This document shows positions 9,303 through 14,001 of a DNA stretch of 14,001 nucleotides, in pieces. The position numbers and the translations under genes are program-made. The DNA is from Paraspadella gotoi. Lineage: Eukaryota > Animalia > Chaetognatha. The notes beneath the pieces are model-generated. The model was not told where the DNA came from. It saw nothing but the letters and a program-made list of their open reading frames with translations, and ran no database searches. Each line of letters begins with the position of its first letter. The stretch's first letter is position 1. Location: assembly GCA_051294375.1 (NCBI GenBank), contig JBJCIZ010000082.1, positions 1 to 14,001 on the forward strand, read 5' to 3'.

Positions 9303-10540
9303 CGGAAAGAATTTTAGAAAAGAAATCGGTGAAGACGACGACGAGGAAAATGACAGTGAAAACGACGATGACAAAAACGACGATGACAAAAACGACGACG
9401 ATGAAAACTGACCGTGAAGACGAAGACAAAACCAACTCTCTCTCTCTCTTTCTTTCTCTCTCTCTCTCTCTCGGCGACTAAGACCAAAAAAAATTTAGGA
9501 AAACGACAACGAATATGACGACAAAGACGAAAACACCAATGACGCAAACGACGAAGAAGACGCCAAACACGACAATAACAACGATGAAAACGGAAGAGGA
9601 AGACAAAACCGATGACGAAAAAGATAGATGAAGAACGACGGCGAACACTTTGTCATTGAATTTTTTTATTAGAAATTTTATTACAACGATTGAGATAGAA
9701 ATGAAGAGAGAAGGGAAAAAAAATATAATGACCAACATGACATTTTCAATTTTATTATAAATTTGATTTTGAAATTCATTAGCCTCGCAGACGTATTTTG
9801 CTGGTCGTCTTCTATTTCTGTTAAAAATATTGGTTAAGAGTTAAATTTTATTCATTCACTTTTACTAACTTTATAATAAGATTTTTAGCATCAATATCTC
9901 CATTTTATTGTTGGAATTAGTCCAGTCTTTTCCGTACGATGTTGAGTTCCATCACTTCCGTCTGGGCCACCTTCGTACGCTGTTTATTTTTTTTTTCAAA
10001 AATAAAAAAAATAGAAAAAAAATCGGGAATAGTTAGAAATCTAGGTAAGGATAAATTTTAAAATCATTTTTCTTTTTAAATCAATTCACAATTTGGTATA
10101 GAAATGTAACCTCCAACATTAATACAAGTATGAGAAGAAGGAAGCACTCTTTATCTCTCCTAAATTTATCTGTTGCAAACTACAGTCAACGGAAAACCGG
10201 AAAGGATATCACATAGGCATGAGAAATAGTTACCAAATGAAATGACATCCTTGTTTGAATTTTAAGAGGAGTTGACCTTTTTTCTGTCCTTTCCTGTGCG
10301 TGTATGAAGGAGATTATATCACTATTAAATTCCTTTATCAGAGGAGGCCCAGATGCAAGAATTCAGCTTTCTGCATTAAAAAATAAAAATTCGAAATTCA
10401 TGGAAAAATGACTTCCCAAGTGAAAGTAGAGAATGGAGGGTATCAGTATTTAGGGGAGATCAATTCAAACATTTTCCAATAAAATATCTCGTCCTTGTTC
10501 GAATTGCACAAGGAGATGGGATTTTTTCTCCACTTTCCCG
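9303..10540 (+). repeat. Direct segmental duplication, copy 2 (~1.24 kb), including a triplet array at ~9330-9640 and (TC)n at ~9436-9472
   Basis: Colinear match to 6293-7538 at an offset of ~3.0 kb. Similarity ends abruptly after CTTTCCCG. Confidence 0.95.
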
Positions 10541-11205
10541 CGCGAAGAAAAATTAATGACTATCACCATTCGAATTCCTTTAATGAAGACCCTTAAACTT
10601 ATGATATCATTTTTATCACTGGGTCCCCTTAAGATAAACAGACAAAATTACCGATAAAATTAATGTTTCTTTCGATTTTTCGTTTCTAGTCTTAAACAAT
10701 TGGGATTTCAATATCACAGTTTTAAATTTTTGAATGAAATGCATGATATTTAGATGCTAAAGTATTAATTCAACTATGAGAAGAGAAAAAACGCCGAAAG
10801 GGCTGTCGATTTATGATTTTCTAAATCAGCCAAGATTTTCGGGCAGACCGCACTGCGTCATTCAAAGTTCATGATTGCTGTTGATGTTGATTTTGTTGGT
10901 TTAACGGATAAAAGCGTTTTAATTTAAGACCAAACGAATCGCTCATTATTATTTGTACATAGATTTAGATCCAGTTAAGCGCAAATGTTGTTCGGGTTTG
11001 TGTCTTTTTTCATTCAATTACGGGTCGACTTCCGTTTCCTGCATTCCTCAGTCCTACGTTATCCGGTTTTACTAAATATACATATTTCTTCCTTGTTTTT
11101 TTATTCTTTTTTATCGGGAACGCGATTTCATTTCCACTGTCCGGTGGAAGAAGGAATTAAAGATTGAATCTGCTCCGGTCCCTGGGATGTGACGGATGGG
11201 GAACA

Positions 11206-11612
11206 GGAAGGAAGGGAAAGAAAAGAAAAAGAGAGAAAGAGAGAGAGAAAGAGAGAGATAGGATATAGAAGAGAAAAGAAAGAAAAGAAAGAAAGAAAAG
11301 AAGAAAGAAAGAAAGAAAGAAGAAAAGAAAGAAAGAAAGAAAGAAAAAGAGAGTTAGAGATAGGATGATAGAAAACTTAGACAGAGAAAAGAAGTAAGGG
11401 AAAAAAGAAAGAAAGAAATAAAGAAGAAAGAAAGAAAGAAAAAGAAAGAAAAGAGAGAGAGAGATAGGATGATAGAAAGAGAAAAGAAGAAAGAGGGGAA
11501 GAAAGAAAAAAGAAAGAATAGATAGAAGAAAGAAGAACATGAAGAAAGAAAGAAAGAAAGACAGAAAGAAAAGAAAGAAAGAACACGAAAGAAAGAAAAA
11601 AAAAAAGAAAGA
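11206..11612 (+). repeat. ~400-bp (GAAA)n polypurine tract with a ~103-bp higher-order period
   Basis: GAAA/GA units. The marker GAGATAGGAT recurs at 11255, 11357 and 11461. Confidence 0.9.
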
Positions 11613-11677
11613 GCGAACCATAAGCGTTATGGGGATTTCCGTTTGACACGCGCATCGGCCGAGATTTCAATCGGAAG

Positions 11678-11705
11678 CTTTCTCTTCTCTCTCTCTTCTC
11701 TCTCT

Positions 11706-11743
<38 letters not shown>

Positions 11744-11785
11744 TCTCTCACCTCGTCTCTCCTCTTCGTCTCCTCACTCTGTCTC
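11678..11785 (+). repeat. Interrupted (TC)n tract
   Basis: Direct reading of the sequence. Confidence 0.9.
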
Positions 11786-12628
11786 ATCACGTTTTTGCGG
11801 ACGACAGATCGGGGACGCGTGGGTCGTCGTCATTGGGTTGCTATCCAGTCGAATTTGTTTTGGTTTGTTTATCCACGGTTTCCCAAGTTAGGCAACTTCC
11901 ATTGCATCAGCTGTGCGCCATTGTTTCCTGCCTCGCGCGAATTAGTTTCGTTTCATCGCCGCTCAGATTTTCAGCGGTTTCATATTTTTTAATATACTAA
12001 TATACTTTTTTTAAAATGGGGGGGGGGAGCCGTGGAAGTCTTCGTCTTCATCGTTGCCTTTTGTGGTCGATTGTCCCTATTCTTCTGGTGTCCTTTCATA
12101 AGTATCTATGTCCAATAACCACATCAAGTTCCTTTTCAATGTACGTTTCAAAAAAAAATTGTCGACTTAAAGGCCAAAAGCTCAAAATTGTCTCTGCAAA
12201 AAGTTGTTGATATTGTGGGTTTCAAATGACGCAGCTATGCACATACGCTGTATGTATGGTCCCGTATGCGAAATGACAGCAGTCCGTACAGCTGATCCTG
12301 TTTGTCGCGGATGAATCTAAGTTCGCGGGTTTAAACCATTTTAATCGGCTTATTTCCCTCTCAGCTAAACAAACGCCTTGTCGATGATAACAACAACGAT
12401 AACAACAAAACAACAACGGTTATGTTGCACCTCTTCATCTTCTCGCAACGTTGTTTTGTTATCCAAGGGATATCCTGTTCCCTCCGCTGTCAAATTCCTC
12501 AAACAACTCGACCCATCAATGCTCCCGAAATTCTTCTTCGCTCAAGAATTTTTTTTCCAAACGCGCGGGAATCTCGATTCGCACTAGAAGCAGTAATGAA
12601 TTCTCTCTGTAGTGGCCGGAAAACAATC

Positions 12629-12642
12629 GTTGCCAAGGCAAC
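12629..12642. promoter_or_regulatory. RFX X-box-like palindrome
   Basis: GTTGCCAAGGCAAC, 13/14 identical to the canonical GTTGCCATGGCAAC. Confidence 0.3.
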
Positions 12643-12817
12643 CGATCCATAGTTATTTTACAACGTTGGTCAAATGGTTGTAGTAACGCGCCTTAGCGAA
12701 CGGCTTATCTTTTAGGAAAACCTTATCGCGAGAAAAAAAAGGGGATAAAAGGGCAATACGATCATTCCTTTCAGTCTTCACTCCTCTTTTAAATCAAATG
12801 TTAAATTACGATTGTAT

Positions 12818-12818
12818 G

Positions 12819-12885
<67 letters not shown>
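12818..12885 (+). repeat. (GA)n microsatellite
   Basis: Direct reading of the sequence. Confidence 0.95.
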
Positions 12886-12889
<4 letters not shown>

Positions 12890-13061
12890 CAGACAGATAT
12901 CACTCGCATAAGTTAAGAACCAATTTAGTAATGAACCGTTTTTCTTCCATTCGAATTGGCGACTACAATGGAAGGAATAGAGGGCGTCGCCGTGCTCGAG
13001 GCGGAGCCGAGAATTTATTCTCGAATAATTAGCTCGTTGCTTACCCACGGGGTTTGGCACT

Positions 13062-13127
13062 GAGAGAGAGAGAGAGAGAGAGATGAGAGAGAGAGAAGAG
13101 AGAGATGAGAGAGAGAGAGAGAGAGAG
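13062..13127 (+). repeat. (GA)n microsatellite
   Basis: Direct reading; two GATGA interruptions. Confidence 0.95.
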
Positions 13128-13643
13128 TGGAAGAGGAAAACCAGAGAGGAAGAGGAGTGAAAATAAATGTAGGATCCGAAAATGGCCGGAGCGTTTTCGA
13201 TGCCCTCGGGCGGCCAAAACTCAACGGCGGACTATACGGCAACGCAATCTCAGACATAAATCATCTAAGGCTAGCTGTCCATATCATTGAAATGTCAGTC
13301 GCGAAAATGAAAGAAAAAACCTTCACAGATTTGCCGGCCACGGTGCAGAATCAGTCAAAAATTCATTTTACAGCTCGGACCCTTCCTGACCAACATCAGA
13401 ATTCGCGCGCTTCCGCGGGTTCCCGCCATTCAGCGCCGCCCGCGCAAGCGGCAATTCAGGGCGCCAGCGTCGCGTAATTGTGTCCCCTTTTTCTTCAAAA
13501 TCCACTGGCAGAAGATTCGCTCAGTATCATTTTTCTCGGATAATTAGAGGCCATTTTGGTTCTCTTTCGGGTCTTGGGCGGAGGACCTGAATTCATCAAT
13601 GAGGAGACGGCGGCCATCTTCTGTCTCTGTCTGCGGTCTTTAA

Positions 13644-13903
13644 TCTCTCATCTCTCTCTCTCTCTCTCTTTCTACTCGTTTTCTCTCACTCTCCCGCCGT
13701 CTGTGGATCTGCTTTCTCTCTCTCTTCTCTCTCTCTCTCCTCATCTTCCCTCCCGAGTCCCCCAGTCGGTACCTCTCTTCCCGTCTCTCGCGTCCTCTTC
13801 CCTTCTCGTCTTTCCTCGTCCACTCCCCTCGCTCCTCCCAGACCTCGTCTCGCTCTCCCTCATTCCTTTTCAACATCACTCTCATCCCGTCCTCTCCTCT
13901 TTC
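13644..13903 (+). repeat. (TC)n and degenerate pyrimidine-rich tract
   Basis: TC runs at 13644-13670 and ~13713-13740, followed by C/T-rich low-complexity sequence. Confidence 0.8.
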
Positions 13904-14001
13904 CATGATTATCCAAGCCCAAAGACGATCGTTTACCAAAAATTGTCACATCGGGTCCTTTAGCCAATATTCAATCCAATCTATTCATTTATAAACTAAA
14001 T

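Noticed and set aside
6029-9738. Thr/Lys-rich (mucin-like) and Val/Phe-rich (membrane-like) ORFs over the triplet arrays
   Set aside because: They are alternative readings of the same simple repeats on both strands, with no signal peptide or domain context and frequent phase breaks.
6293-10540. LTR retrotransposon or TRIM/LARD
   Set aside because: No TG...CA ends, primer-binding site, target-site duplication or gag/pol remnants were recognised, and the left boundary is ragged.
11157-11790. Phe/Leu/Ser-rich 154-aa and 137-aa minus-strand ORFs
   Set aside because: They are translations of the GAAA and TC tracts.
4693-12650. Alternative genetic code (TGA or TAA read as sense)
   Set aside because: A few protein-like frames are bridged by single stops, but no conserved protein is available to anchor the claim. 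Chance, pseudogenisation or read error explain it equally well.
13127-13477. 116-aa + strand ORF in a GC-richer island
   Set aside because: It starts at GTG at the edge of a GA tract and has no recognisable motif. It cannot be supported as a gene without homology or expression data.

Overview
This looks like repeat-dense, non-coding DNA of probable eukaryotic origin. I recognise no protein-coding gene, RNA gene, CRISPR array or autonomous mobile element. The long ORFs in the track are compositional artefacts of strand-biased simple repeats. The window contains: (1) a ~1.2-kb degenerate GAAGACGAC 9-mer array (1022-2210); (2) three related GAC/AAC/GAA/GAT triplet arrays; (3) about 15 (GA)n/(TC)n/(GAAA)n tracts; (4) a ~1.24-kb direct duplication ~3.0 kb apart (6293-7538 vs 9303-10540) with a mosaic left boundary; and (5) a few candidate regulatory motifs (a CACGTG cluster, a CCAAT pair, an RFX X-box-like palindrome). 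Many substitutions between the duplicated copies are CpG->TpG/CpA, and the downstream triplet arrays look like CpG-decayed forms of the first array. Frequent single-base indels suggest an imperfectly polished long-read assembly, so some fine structure may be artefactual. I found no convincing new gene system. The best leads are structural or regulatory.
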